In this document: positions 1 to 10,001 of the stretch, one piece after another
Position numbering within the stretch: the first letter of the stretch is position 1
How the letters are laid out: the number at the start of each line of letters is the position of its first letter
NCBI GenBank assembly: GCA_965220745.1
Contig: CBDCQT010000013.1
Coordinates: 256,001-320,000 of the forward strand
Direction of reading: 5' to 3'
Origin: Alphaproteobacteria bacterium
GTDB lineage: Bacteria > Pseudomonadota > Alphaproteobacteria > UBA828
Length of the DNA stretch: 64,000 nucleotides
Position numbers and translations under genes: made by a program
The notes under the pieces: model-generated
The model's database searches: none
What the model saw: only the letters and a program-made list of their open reading frames with translations
Told to the model about the DNA's origin: nothing

Positions 1-1
1 G

Positions 2-52
2 ATCCTCGCTTACGTGCGCTCGTTGCCCCAAATCGAGAACGACACCGATTGA
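2..52 (+). CDS. 3' end of an upstream gene (ILAYVRSLPQIENDTD*), possibly a c-type cytochrome C-terminal helix
   Basis: Open frame from the window edge to TGA at 50-52; 'AYVRSL' resembles the last helix of class I cytochromes c; too short to be sure. Confidence 0.3.
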   Translation: MLAYVRSLPQIENDTD

Positions 53-142
53 CAGCCGTCCGCTGCGGCATGATTGCGCCTTGACGGGTTAACGCGCGAA
101 CAGGCAAGCTTCCGCAACTTTTCGGGACGCGAAGGCAGAACC

Positions 143-1165
143 ATGACCCTTCAGCAGGTTCCCGTTATCGACATCGCGCCGTTCCTCGGCGGAGAGCGCG
201 ACGGCAAAGCGCGGGTGGCAGCCGAGGTCAAGCAGGCGTGCGAAGACATCGGCTTCTTCGTCATCACCGGCCACGGAGTCGACCCGGCGCTGACCGTGGC
301 GACCCACGACGTCAGCCGGCGCTTTTTCGATCTTCCGTTTGAAGAGAAGATGACGATCGAGCGCTGGGCCGACGACGTCATCCGGGGCTACAGCCCGGCT
401 CTGAAGGAATGCCTGGCCGAAAGCCGCGGCGAGCGGGGTCCGGGCGATCTCAAGGAATCGCTGACCGTCGGCCCGCCGTTCGTGCCGGACGAGCCCTACT
501 ATCACTGCGCCGAGGCCGGCCAGCACTTCGTCGAGAATCGCTGGCCGACGCGTCCCGCCGAGCTCAAGGAGACGTGGATCGCGTACTGGGACGCGATGGA
601 GCAGCTTGCCTTCACGCTCATGCGCATCTTTGCTTGCGCCCTCGACCTCGGCGAAGACTATTTCGATACGCGGGTCGACAAGCACGTCAGCCAGTTCCGG
701 GTGCTCAACTACCCGGACCAGCCTGCCCCACCGCTGGAAAACCAATTCCGTGCCAGCGCGCACTCGGATTTCGGCGCCTGCACGATCTGTGCGATCGAGG
801 ACAAGCCTGGCGGTCTCCAGGCCATGAATCGGGACGGCGAGTGGGTGAACGTGCCGGTGGTGCCCAATGCGTTCAGCATCAATCTCGGCGACCAGATGCA
901 GATGTGGACCAACGACATGTGGGTTTCCACCCTGCACAGGGTCGTCAATCCGCCGCGGGACAAGGCGAACGACAGCCGCCGACAGTCGATGATCTTCTTC
1001 TTCTATACGAACTACGACTGCAGGATCGAATGCTTCCCGGCCTGTCAGAGCGCGGACAATCCGGCCAAGTACCCGCCGGTCACCACAAGCAAGAACCTGC
1101 TCGACAAGTTCCTGATGATGACCGCCATCGGCGCCTCGGGACAGAGGGCGTCCGATCAGCCATAA
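143..1165 (+). CDS. Isopenicillin N synthase-like Fe(II)/2-oxoglutarate dioxygenase
   Basis: VPVIDI...ACEDIGFF..GHGV N-terminal domain; HSD...H(RV) iron triad; RxS motif (RQS); ATG 143. Confidence 0.92.
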   Translation: MTLQQVPVIDIAPFLGGERDGKARVAAEVKQACEDIGFFVITGHGVDPALTVATHDVSRRFFDLPFEEKMTIERWADDVIRGYSPALKECLAESRGERGPGDLKESLTVGPPFVPDEPYYHCAEAGQHFVENRWPTRPAELKETWIAYWDAMEQLAFTLMRIFACALDLGEDYFDTRVDKHVSQFRVLNYPDQPAPPLENQFRASAHSDFGACTICAIEDKPGGLQAMNRDGEWVNVPVVPNAFSINLGDQMQMWTNDMWVSTLHRVVNPPRDKANDSRRQSMIFFFYTNYDCRIECFPACQSADNPAKYPPVTTSKNLLDKFLMMTAIGASGQRASDQP

Positions 1166-1231
1166 GGCGCCGAGCGGCGCCTCAAGAAACGACCAAGGAG
1201 CCGTTAAGGCTCGAAACCAAGGGAGGTAGAC

Positions 1232-2356
1232 ATGATCAAACGGGCGAGACTCGCGGTGCTGGCAACTGCTGCACTGGCACTGGCGGTGACGGGAATCTTC
1301 GGCCCATCGCCGGCTTCGGCCCAAGAGGACAAGTACAAGGTCTTCGTCAGCGTGGGCTTCGAGGGCAACACCTGGATGGATGCGGCGCAGAACCTGATCC
1401 GCTCCATGGCCAAGACCAAGGCCTTCAAGGACCGGGTGGAGCTCAACATGCAATCGGCGCGGGCCGATATCCAGACCCAGATCCAACAGGTCAACGCCAT
1501 GGTCCAGGGCGATGCCGACATCATCATCCTGTGGCCGAACTCGCGCACCGCGCTCAATCGCTCGATCCGTCAGGCGTGCCAGAGGGGCATTATCGTGATG
1601 ACCTTCGACGCATCGGTGACCGAGCCCTGCGCCTACCACATCGGCCTGGATCAGACCTGGGCCGGTGCGGGGCCTGCGGAATATCTGGCCGAAGAGCTCG
1701 GCGGCAAGGGCAGCATCATCGTCATGGGTGGCTACCCCGGCCACTACATCGATCATGCCCGCACCGACGGCGCCATGGAGGTCTTCGCCGCATATCCCGA
1801 GATCGACGTCCTGGTCCATGCCTACAGCAACTGGAACAACGCGCACGCCAGGCAGGAGTTGACCAAGATTGTCGCCACCCACGGCTGGGACAACATCGAC
1901 GGGCTGTGGACCCAGGTGGGCTGCTACATGTTCTCGCAGATCCAGGTCGAGGCGGGACGTGCGGATCAGCTCGTGCCCTGTGCGGGTAACGGCACCAACG
2001 GGCATCGGATCGCCATCGCCGAGCCCGGCACGGTGCCGGGTGCGCTGGGCATGAAGAGCAGCTCCATGGGCTCGCCCAATTGGCTCGGTGCCTACGCGCT
2101 CAAGGTCGCCGTCGCCTATGCCGACGGCGGTGCGGAGCCGCCCCGCTTCACCCAGGTGCCGATGCCGCTGGTCGAGCCGGGCCAGGTGGTGGTGTGCACC
2201 GAGGGGACGCGCGAGGAACTGCTCGCACGCAACTGCAACACCTACCATCCCGATCTCGGGGTGCCGCCGAACTACTTCGTCGACGTGTGGCATCCCTGGG
2301 TGAGTGAGCTCGACCTGTTCTCAGCGCTCGAAGGCAAGGTGCCGGAAGGCCAGTAG
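1232..2356 (+). CDS. ABC transporter substrate-binding protein (type I, RbsB-like)
   Basis: Signal peptide ending ASA-Q; GGAGG RBS; QIQQVNAMVQGDADIIIL periplasmic-binding motif; precedes ATPase and permease. Confidence 0.88.
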   Translation: MIKRARLAVLATAALALAVTGIFGPSPASAQEDKYKVFVSVGFEGNTWMDAAQNLIRSMAKTKAFKDRVELNMQSARADIQTQIQQVNAMVQGDADIIILWPNSRTALNRSIRQACQRGIIVMTFDASVTEPCAYHIGLDQTWAGAGPAEYLAEELGGKGSIIVMGGYPGHYIDHARTDGAMEVFAAYPEIDVLVHAYSNWNNAHARQELTKIVATHGWDNIDGLWTQVGCYMFSQIQVEAGRADQLVPCAGNGTNGHRIAIAEPGTVPGALGMKSSSMGSPNWLGAYALKVAVAYADGGAEPPRFTQVPMPLVEPGQVVVCTEGTREELLARNCNTYHPDLGVPPNYFVDVWHPWVSELDLFSALEGKVPEGQ

Positions 2357-2385
2357 CAAAAGGCCTAACAGGGAGGCACCTTCTA

Positions 2386-2419
2386 CCGTGCGGGACCCGT
2401 TGGCGCGGGTTCCGCACGG
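2386..2419 (+). terminator. GC-rich stem-loop after the SBP gene (mRNA stabiliser or partial terminator)
   Basis: CCGTGCGGGACCCG...CGGGTTCCGCACGG inverted repeat, no U tract. Confidence 0.5.
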
Positions 2420-2447
2420 ACGCCTCCGACAGGTCTGACGCGCTGCC

Positions 2448-3986
2448 GTGGAAGAGAGCGGGAGCGGGGCGCCTGCCGCATTCGAGGTCGTCGGACTAAG
2501 AAAGCATTTCGGCGCCACGATTGCCCTGGATGACGTGTCGCTCGCCGTCGGGTCGGGCGACGTTCATGCGTTGCTGGGCGAGAACGGCGCCGGCAAGTCC
2601 ACTCTCGTCAAGATTCTCAGCGGTCTGATCCGGGCCGACGCCGGCGACATCCAATTGTTCGGCGAGCCCGCGCGGCTCGGCGACCCGCGCACCGCGCACC
2701 GCGCGGGCATCCAGACCGCCTATCAGGAAATCTCGCTGATCAAGGACCTCACGGTCACGCAGAACATGCTCCTGCCCTACGAGCCCGCCTACCCGGGCGG
2801 GCAGGTGCGTCGGCGGCGATCCGAAGAGCTGGTACGCGAGATTCTCCAGAACCTCGGCCTGGACGATATCGACCCGCGCGTGGAGGTCGCGACGCTCGAT
2901 CTCTCCACCCAGCAGCGGATCGAGATTGCCCGCGCCATCTCGCGCGAACCGAGGATCCTGCTGCTGGACGAGCCGACATCGGCGCTTTCCGGCAAGGATG
3001 TCGAGTGGCTGCACGGGCAGGTCGATGCGTTGCGGGAGCAAGGCGTCACCACGGTGTTCATTTCCCACCGCATGCAGGAGGTCCGGCGCTTCTGCGACAA
3101 CCTGACCGTGCTGCGCAACGGCGCCAACGTCGGGAGCTTCGCGGTCGCCGACATCTCGGAGGAGGAGGTCATCGCACTGGTGATCGGCCGCTCGCTGGCC
3201 GCGACCTTTCCAGAGAAGCCGCCGCGCGCAGCGGGGGAGGCAGCGGAGCCGGTCCTTTCGGCCGAGGGACTCGCGGCCGGCGGCAGGCTCAAGGACCTGT
3301 CGTTTGAATTGCGCCCCGGCGACGTGCTCGGCGTCGCGGGACTCGAAGGAATGGGCCAGCGTGAGCTGTTCCTCTCGCTGTTCGGCATGATCAGGCCCAC
3401 GGCCGGCACGGTCTCGGTCTACGGCAATCCGGTCACCCTGAAGTCGCCGCGCGATGCGTTGCGGGCCGACATCGGCATCAGCCTGGTGCCGGAGGAACGC
3501 AAGACGGAGGCGCTGGCGCTGGAGATGACCGGGCGGGAGAACGTCTCGCTGCCCGTCATCGAGCGATTCAGACGTTTCGGGGTCATCGACACCGCGGCGG
3601 AATCCGCAGCCGTGTCTCGGGTCCTGGATCTGGTGCAGGTGGACCGCCGCGCGCTCCATACCGCCTGCAAGGTCTTCAGCGGCGGCAACCAGCAAAAGCT
3701 CGCCATCGCCAAGTGGCTGCTGACCGAAAATCGCATCCTGCTCATGTACGACCCGACGCGCGGCGTCGATGTCGGCACCAAGGCCGAGATCTACGTGATG
3801 ATCCGTGCGTATGCGAGCGCGGGCGGCGCGGTGCTGTTCTACTCCACCGACGTCTCAGAGCTGGTCAACCTCTGCGATGAGGTGAAGGTCGTCTACGGGG
3901 GCCGCGCGGCGGCGACGCTGAGCGGCGACGCGCTCTCGGAGCCTGCCGTCATGCGCGCGGCGCTTGGTGAGGGCGGGGCGCCGTGA
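2448..3986 (+). CDS. Sugar-type ABC transporter ATP-binding protein (RbsA-like, two NBDs)
   Basis: GENGAGKST Walker A, LLLDEPT Walker B, second domain with FSGGNQQK and DPTRGVDVG. Confidence 0.95.
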   Translation: MEESGSGAPAAFEVVGLRKHFGATIALDDVSLAVGSGDVHALLGENGAGKSTLVKILSGLIRADAGDIQLFGEPARLGDPRTAHRAGIQTAYQEISLIKDLTVTQNMLLPYEPAYPGGQVRRRRSEELVREILQNLGLDDIDPRVEVATLDLSTQQRIEIARAISREPRILLLDEPTSALSGKDVEWLHGQVDALREQGVTTVFISHRMQEVRRFCDNLTVLRNGANVGSFAVADISEEEVIALVIGRSLAATFPEKPPRAAGEAAEPVLSAEGLAAGGRLKDLSFELRPGDVLGVAGLEGMGQRELFLSLFGMIRPTAGTVSVYGNPVTLKSPRDALRADIGISLVPEERKTEALALEMTGRENVSLPVIERFRRFGVIDTAAESAAVSRVLDLVQVDRRALHTACKVFSGGNQQKLAIAKWLLTENRILLMYDPTRGVDVGTKAEIYVMIRAYASAGGAVLFYSTDVSELVNLCDEVKVVYGGRAAATLSGDALSEPAVMRAALGEGGAP

Positions 3987-6112
3987 ACGGCAGACCGCTG
4001 CTGCCGCTGCCGCGATTCGATCGCGACAGCCTCCCGGCCGTGAACTGGCAGCGCCAGCGCGGCCTGCTGATCTCGGTCGGCGTGTTCCTGGTGATGCTGA
4101 TCATCCTGCAGCTCGTGAAGGGCGAGGGGATCAGCTACTTCGACGTGAGCTCCATCACCACCGGTGCGACGACGCTCGCGCTCGCGGCGGTGGGCGAGAC
4201 CATCGTCATCCTGGCCGGCGGCTTCGACCTCTCGGCCGGCGCGGTGATCTCGCTGGTCAACGTGATGATCATCCAGTTCCTCGGCGGCGGGTCCGAGTTT
4301 TCCTCCGATGTCGCCGCGCTCTCCGGCGCCGAGTTCATCGGGGCGGCACTCGCGCTCGCGCTTGCGGTGGGCGCGGCGATCGGGGCGATCAACGGCTTCC
4401 TGATCGCCTTTCTTGGCCTGTCGGCGATCGTGGTGACGCTCGCCACGATGTTCATCGCGCAGGGAGCGGCCCTGTTGGTGATGACCCATGCGGGCGGCGA
4501 GGCGCCGTGGGAGTTCAGCATGTTCTTCACCGGCGAGGCCATCGCCGGCGTGCTGCCCGCACCCATCATCGTGCTCGCGGTTGTCATCGTGCTCTGGCTG
4601 GCGCTGCGGAATTCGCGGCTCGGGACCGGTATCTACGCCATCGGCAGCGACGAGAAGTCGGCGCTGGCGAGCGGCACCGACGTGCGGATGACGAAGTTCT
4701 GGACCTACACCATCGCCGGCGTCTGCTACGGCGCCGCCGGCATGTTCATGACGGCCCAGATCGGCGCCGGAGACCCGCTGATCGGCGCCAAGTTCCTGCT
4801 CAAGATTTTCGCCGCCGTGGTCATCGGCGGGACGCTGATCGGCGGCGGTCGCGGCGGCTGTGTCGGCACCGTCTTCGGCGCGCTGACTCTGACCATCATC
4901 CTCACGATCTTCCTGCTGCTCGGCATGCGCACCTGGTACGTGCCGCTCGCGGAGGGCGCGATCCTGATCTTCGCCGTGCTGGGGCTCTCGATGAGCCGTG
5001 ACCTGCCGGTGGTGGATGTCGTGCGCGGCTGGCGGCAGGCGCTCCGCACGCGCTGGCGAGCAACGGTCGTGCCCTCGGCCGGCCTCGGGGGCAACGGGCT
5101 TCTGCAGGATCTGCTGGGCCGAACGGCGGCGCGCGGCGGCCCCGATCTGACCCGCCCGACCGCAGGCTGGTTCACCCGCAACCAGGCCACGCTCCGCTAC
5201 ATCTCTCCCACCTACGTCATGTTCGCCGTGATCGTGATCGCGACTGTGGTGCTCTTCGGTGAGAACCTGTCGGCGCTCGAATATCTCAACGTCCTGCTGC
5301 TGTTCACCGCCTTTCTCGCGATCCTGGGCCTGGGCCAGGGGGCGGTCATCATCTCGGGCGGGCTCGATCTTTCGGTCGCGTGGGCGATCACGTTTCCTGC
5401 GATCGTCGTTACCACGTTCTGCTTCGGCGAGAATGGACCCGCTTATTGGGCGGTGCCGCTGGCGCTCGCGATCGGACTCGCGATCGGCTGTCTGAACGGC
5501 CTCATGATCGTGCTCTTCAGGATGTCGCCGATCATCGTCACGCTGGCGATGGCCGGCATGCTCGAAGGCATCTCGCTTATCTTCAGCGACGGCGCGCCTA
5601 TCGGCGGCTCGCCGCCGGTGCTGCGCTGGTTCGTATCGGGCCGGCTGCTCGGCATCGCGCCCATCGGCTGGTTCCTGATCGCCTTTGCCATCGCAGCGAC
5701 GATCTTCCTCAACCGGACCGCCTTCGGGCGCAGGCTCTACACGGTCGGCAACAGCGTCACCGTGGCGCGGCTTTCCGGCGTCTGGACCGGCTCGGTCATC
5801 GTCGGCGCCTACATGCTGAGCGGCTTCTGCTCCGCGCTGGTGGGCGTCCTGCTTTCGGGCTTCAGCGGGCAGGCGTTCTTCGGCATGGGCGATCCGTTCC
5901 TGCTGCAATCCATCGCCGTGGTGGTGCTGGGCGGCACGCTGATCACCGGCGGGCGCGGTCACTTCGTCGGCATCCTGGGCGGTGCCTTGCTGTTCACGGC
6001 GCTCGGCTCGCTGCTGACGGGAACGATGCTGCCCGAGGCGGTGCGCAGTATCATCTACGGACTCGTGCTGCTCGGCGCTATCGTCGCGCTTCGAGAGCGC
6101 GCGGACGCATAG
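3983..6112 (+). CDS. ABC permease with two fused RbsC-like domains
   Basis: Two copies of GG(F/L)DLS and VV(I/L)GGTLIxGGRG in one 709-aa ORF. Confidence 0.9.
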   Translation: MNGRPLLPLPRFDRDSLPAVNWQRQRGLLISVGVFLVMLIILQLVKGEGISYFDVSSITTGATTLALAAVGETIVILAGGFDLSAGAVISLVNVMIIQFLGGGSEFSSDVAALSGAEFIGAALALALAVGAAIGAINGFLIAFLGLSAIVVTLATMFIAQGAALLVMTHAGGEAPWEFSMFFTGEAIAGVLPAPIIVLAVVIVLWLALRNSRLGTGIYAIGSDEKSALASGTDVRMTKFWTYTIAGVCYGAAGMFMTAQIGAGDPLIGAKFLLKIFAAVVIGGTLIGGGRGGCVGTVFGALTLTIILTIFLLLGMRTWYVPLAEGAILIFAVLGLSMSRDLPVVDVVRGWRQALRTRWRATVVPSAGLGGNGLLQDLLGRTAARGGPDLTRPTAGWFTRNQATLRYISPTYVMFAVIVIATVVLFGENLSALEYLNVLLLFTAFLAILGLGQGAVIISGGLDLSVAWAITFPAIVVTTFCFGENGPAYWAVPLALAIGLAIGCLNGLMIVLFRMSPIIVTLAMAGMLEGISLIFSDGAPIGGSPPVLRWFVSGRLLGIAPIGWFLIAFAIAATIFLNRTAFGRRLYTVGNSVTVARLSGVWTGSVIVGAYMLSGFCSALVGVLLSGFSGQAFFGMGDPFLLQSIAVVVLGGTLITGGRGHFVGILGGALLFTALGSLLTGTMLPEAVRSIIYGLVLLGAIVALRERADA

Positions 6113-6172
6113 GGCCGGAGGCACTGAGACCGGACATTCGCCGCGACGTGGCAACGCCAGAAGGGGGAAACC

Positions 6173-7087
6173 ATGGCCACGAAGAAAGACATTCAGGTTT
6201 GTTTCAATCCCCATTTCGATTCGGTTTCACTCTGGATCGGATCGTTCGGCGGCGCCGATTCGCCCTGCGACATCTCGCGCGGCGTCTTCGCGGCGCGGCA
6301 GGGGGTGCCGCGTATCCTCGAAATGATGGACCGCTACGGCATCAAGACCACGTGGGACATCACCGGCCACTCGATCGAGAGCTTTCCGAAGGAATCGGAG
6401 CTGATCGTGAAGTACGGCCACGAGCTGGGCGTGCACGGCTACACGCACGAGAACCCGCTCGCCATGTCGCGCCAGCAGGAGGCCGACGTGCTCGACAAGT
6501 GCATCGAGCTGGTGACCGACCTCTGCGGCGTGCACCCGGTCGGCTACGTCGCGCCGTGGTGGGAGCTCAGCCCCAACACCATCGACCTGCTGCTCGAGCG
6601 CGGCTTCCTCTACGACCGCAGCGTGATGGAGGACGACTACACCCCGCACTACCTGCGCAGTGGCGATAGCTGGACCAAGATCGACTATACCCAGGAGGCC
6701 AAGACTTGGATGAAGCCCTGGCAGCCGGGGGAGGCGGTCGACCTGGTGGAGCTGCCGGCGAGCTGGTACCTCGACGACGCGCCGCCCATGATGTTCGTGA
6801 AAACCTTCCCGAACAGCCACGGCTGGGTCAATCCACGAGATGTCGAGGACATCTGGCGCGACCAGTTCGACTGGATCTACCGCCACTACGACTATGCGAT
6901 CTACACCTGCGTGATCCATCCGGACTGCGCTGGCAAGCCGCAGGTGCTGATGATGCTGGAGCGGATCTTCGACCACATTCTGGCGCATACCGGTGTACGC
7001 ATGATCACGATGCGGGAGATGGCCGAGGACTTCAAACGCCGCCATCCCTTCAACGGCACGACCGAAGGCGCGCCCGCCGCGGACTAA
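6173..7087 (+). CDS. Polysaccharide deacetylase family protein (PuuE/HpPgdA-like cyclic imide or amide hydrolase)
   Basis: GVPRILE, HELGVHGYTHE, GYVAPWWE, ELPASWYLDD, HPD motifs. Confidence 0.88.
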   Translation: MATKKDIQVCFNPHFDSVSLWIGSFGGADSPCDISRGVFAARQGVPRILEMMDRYGIKTTWDITGHSIESFPKESELIVKYGHELGVHGYTHENPLAMSRQQEADVLDKCIELVTDLCGVHPVGYVAPWWELSPNTIDLLLERGFLYDRSVMEDDYTPHYLRSGDSWTKIDYTQEAKTWMKPWQPGEAVDLVELPASWYLDDAPPMMFVKTFPNSHGWVNPRDVEDIWRDQFDWIYRHYDYAIYTCVIHPDCAGKPQVLMMLERIFDHILAHTGVRMITMREMAEDFKRRHPFNGTTEGAPAAD

Positions 7088-7174
7088 GCGAGGGCGCGAA
7101 CCGCGCCGTTGGCCCCGCGTCCTGCGCCGAGGGGCCGGCGGCGGAAGCACCGAAGCGCAGTGAAAGGAGCTCCC

Positions 7175-8233
7175 ATGTCGACCGGATCCCTCGGCGAGAT
7201 TCCGCTCATCGACCTCAGCCCCTATTTCGCAGGCGACCCGGCCGACAAGCGCCGGGTCGCGGACGAGATCAGCCGCGCCTGCGAGCGCATCGGTTTCTTC
7301 ATGGTCTCGGGCCACGGGGTGGACCCGGCGCTTATCGAGCGCGCGCGTCGTGAATCCCTGACGTTCTTCGGCCTGCCGATGAAGGAGAAGCTTGCCATCA
7401 GGAAGCCAGAGGGCGATTTGGCGGTCCGCGGTTACGAGCCGGTGGGCACGGAGCACCTCTCGGCGACGATCGGTGTGGAGACGCCGCCCGACCTGAAGGA
7501 ATCGATCTCTTTCGGGCCTATCGAGGCGTTCGATCATCCGTCCTGCCATACAGAGGCAGCCGCGCCCTGCTACGCGCCCAATATCTTTCCGCAGCACCCG
7601 GCGGGGCTCCGTCAGACCATCGAGGACTACATCCGGGCCCTCGACCTGCTCGGCTGGCATCTGCACCGGCTCGCGGCCATCGCCTTCGATCTGCCCGAGG
7701 ACCATTTCGACGCCATGCTCGAAAGGGGGTTCAGCATCCTCCGCGTGCTGAACTATCCCGAGCAGCAGAATGCGCCCAAGGAAGGGCAGCTTCGCGCCGG
7801 CGAGCACTCGGACTACGACAACCTCACCATCTGCCTGATCGAGGACAAGCCAGGCGGCCTGCAGGCGCGCGGCCCGGACGGCACCTGGGTTGACGTGCCG
7901 GCTATCCCCGGCTCGTTCGTGGTCAACATCGGCGACTTCCTGATGCGCTGGACCAACGACCGCTGGAAATCCACGCGGCACCGCGTGCTCAACCCGCCAC
8001 ACACGTCCGGGGACCGCCTCTCCTTCTGCCACTTCATCGAGCCCAACTACGACGCGCTGATCGAGTGCCTGCCGACCTGCCACAGCCAGGAACAGCCGGC
8101 CAAATACCCGCCGATCACGGCCGGCGCCTACATGCTCGAGAAATTCTCCAGCCAGGAGAGCGGCCGCGAGTGGGACGACGATGACAGTGAGAAGTTCGGT
8201 ACCGGAGACACCGAGACGCGCTTCGTCAACTGA
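7175..8233 (+). CDS. Isopenicillin N synthase-like Fe(II)/2OG dioxygenase (second paralogue)
   Basis: IPLIDL...ACERIGFF, HSD...HRV, RLS; AAGGAG RBS before ATG 7175. Confidence 0.92.
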   Translation: MSTGSLGEIPLIDLSPYFAGDPADKRRVADEISRACERIGFFMVSGHGVDPALIERARRESLTFFGLPMKEKLAIRKPEGDLAVRGYEPVGTEHLSATIGVETPPDLKESISFGPIEAFDHPSCHTEAAAPCYAPNIFPQHPAGLRQTIEDYIRALDLLGWHLHRLAAIAFDLPEDHFDAMLERGFSILRVLNYPEQQNAPKEGQLRAGEHSDYDNLTICLIEDKPGGLQARGPDGTWVDVPAIPGSFVVNIGDFLMRWTNDRWKSTRHRVLNPPHTSGDRLSFCHFIEPNYDALIECLPTCHSQEQPAKYPPITAGAYMLEKFSSQESGREWDDDDSEKFGTGDTETRFVN

Positions 8234-8252
8234 CCGCGGTGAGATCACCGCG

Positions 8253-9353
8253 CTAATCGTCCACGGCCTCCCGCATCCATTGCTGGAGCGTCCGGAGGGA
8301 GTGTTCGGAGTTCAGCCCGCCGCGGGGATCGACCACGAGCGGGCCGGGGCGGTACCCGCGACTCTTGAGCCCCTGCGCCACGCTTTCGACCAGCCGGATA
8401 TCCTCCGCGACCGTGGTCTCCAGATCTTGCGCCGCAAGCTGCCGGATCACCACGCTCTCGTCACCGCCCGGCGTGTACCAGCCGCGCCATACGGTGCACG
8501 TGTCCACGTCGTGGGCGCGCCAGTGGTAGGTGTTCAGCACGTTGCCCGGATAGACCTGGAACGAGAACATCGGCCAGAGGAAGAACGTGCGGTACTCCCC
8601 GGCATGGGGCACCGACAGGTCGATCGGGTAGCTCATCCGCTCCAGGTCCTGGCACTCGGTCGTGTGGCGCAGGACGTAGCCTTCCCCTGAAGGCTGGATG
8701 TCGTAGGTCTCGGGCCGGATCACGCCGGTCGCGAAGGTCGGATGGCGCAGCACGCAGTGGTAGCATTCGGAGTGGTTCTCGACCGAGACCTTCCAATTGC
8801 AGGCCTCCGGGACCTCGATCCATTCCAGCGGCGCGAGTGCTCCGACGTCGGGCACGTAGTCCGCGAGTTCCTCCCGCACGCCCGGATACCACGCATCCAT
8901 CGGCGCCGCGTCGTCATCGAGGTTGACGAAGACGAAGCCGTGCAAGCTCTCGCTCCGCACCGCCGTCAAGCGAATGGATGAACCATCGAAGCCGGGAACC
9001 GACTCCACGTTCGGCCCGCTGCGGAAGGTGCCTGTCAGCTCGTAGGACCAGGCGTGGTAGGGGCAGACGATCGCGCGCGTCGTGCCGGCGCCTTCCACCA
9101 GCCGATGCCCCCGGTGCTGGCACACGTTGTAGAAGGCGCGCAGCACGCCGTCGCGCCCGCGAATGCAGAACAGGCTCTCGCCCGCAATCTCGCATGTGAA
9201 GTAGTCGCCCGGCCCGCGCGCCTGGTTCTCGTGCCCGGCGAACTGCCAGGTGCGGGAGAGCAGGCCCACGCGCTCCTTCTCGAAGATGGCCGGATCGGTG
9301 TAGTAGCGTGCGGCGAGCGAACGGACGGGCGCTGGCGGGTCTTGACCTGTCAT
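8253..9353 (-). CDS. Rieske non-heme oxygenase alpha subunit (carnitine/choline/betaine monooxygenase-like)
   Basis: CQH...CPYH Rieske motif; NWK..ENHSECYHC...H and EDIRLVE mononuclear-iron motifs. Confidence 0.9.
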   Translation of the reverse strand: MTGQDPPAPVRSLAARYYTDPAIFEKERVGLLSRTWQFAGHENQARGPGDYFTCEIAGESLFCIRGRDGVLRAFYNVCQHRGHRLVEGAGTTRAIVCPYHAWSYELTGTFRSGPNVESVPGFDGSSIRLTAVRSESLHGFVFVNLDDDAAPMDAWYPGVREELADYVPDVGALAPLEWIEVPEACNWKVSVENHSECYHCVLRHPTFATGVIRPETYDIQPSGEGYVLRHTTECQDLERMSYPIDLSVPHAGEYRTFFLWPMFSFQVYPGNVLNTYHWRAHDVDTCTVWRGWYTPGGDESVVIRQLAAQDLETTVAEDIRLVESVAQGLKSRGYRPGPLVVDPRGGLNSEHSLRTLQQWMREAVDD

Positions 9354-9521
9354 TCCCGACGATCCTCCCCGGCGGGCGATGCGGCGCGCGCGGCGCCGGC
9401 CACGATAGGCGAAACGGCTGTCCATCGCCCAGTAGAATGTCCATGCGAGTCGCTTGGTTGGGAGTTCCCCAATGATTCCATCTTTAGACGCACATCACGT
9501 CGGCAACATCGCGGTCGTGCC

Positions 9522-10001
9522 ATGACGATCGCCCGCATCCGGCACGCGGCTCTCGCGGTTGCGCTGGGGACCATGCTCACGGTTGCAGGGTTTGCAGCGG
9601 CCGGCCGGGCGGAGAGCGGCCCGCTCGAGCTGCTGGAGATCGAGACGGGCACGGGCGTCCACACCATTCAGGTCGAGGTTGCGCACACGCCGGAAGAGCG
9701 CAGCATCGGCCTCATGCACCGCACCGAGCTCGCGCCCGATCGTGGCATGCTCTTCGACTTCGGCGCCACGCGGCCGGCCACCATGTGGATGAAGAACACG
9801 CTGATCTCCCTCGACATGTTCTTCGCCGAGAGCACCGGCCGCATCGTCACCGTCGCCGAGCGCACCACCCCACTCTCGGAGAAGCGGATTCGCTCGGGCC
9901 AGCCGGTTCGCTTCGTACTTGAAATGATCGCGGGCTCCGCCCGGCGCCTCGGGATTGCGCCCGGCGACCGCCTGCGCCACCCGCTGATCGAGCAGCCATG
10001 A
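9522..10001 (+). CDS. DUF192 family exported protein
   Basis: Signal peptide; VEVAHT..ER.IGLMHR, GMLF, MWMKNT, VLE motifs. Confidence 0.88.
   Translation: MTIARIRHAALAVALGTMLTVAGFAAAGRAESGPLELLEIETGTGVHTIQVEVAHTPEERSIGLMHRTELAPDRGMLFDFGATRPATMWMKNTLISLDMFFAESTGRIVTVAERTTPLSEKRIRSGQPVRFVLEMIAGSARRLGIAPGDRLRHPLIEQP

Noticed and set aside
143-8233. Beta-lactam biosynthesis cluster
   Set aside because: No ACV synthetase or NRPS; the importer context points to catabolism
89-8248. Long minus-strand ORFs (734, 773 and 673 aa) and similar shadow ORFs throughout the window
   Set aside because: Antisense shadows of well-supported genes, expected in high-GC DNA; no recognisable motifs
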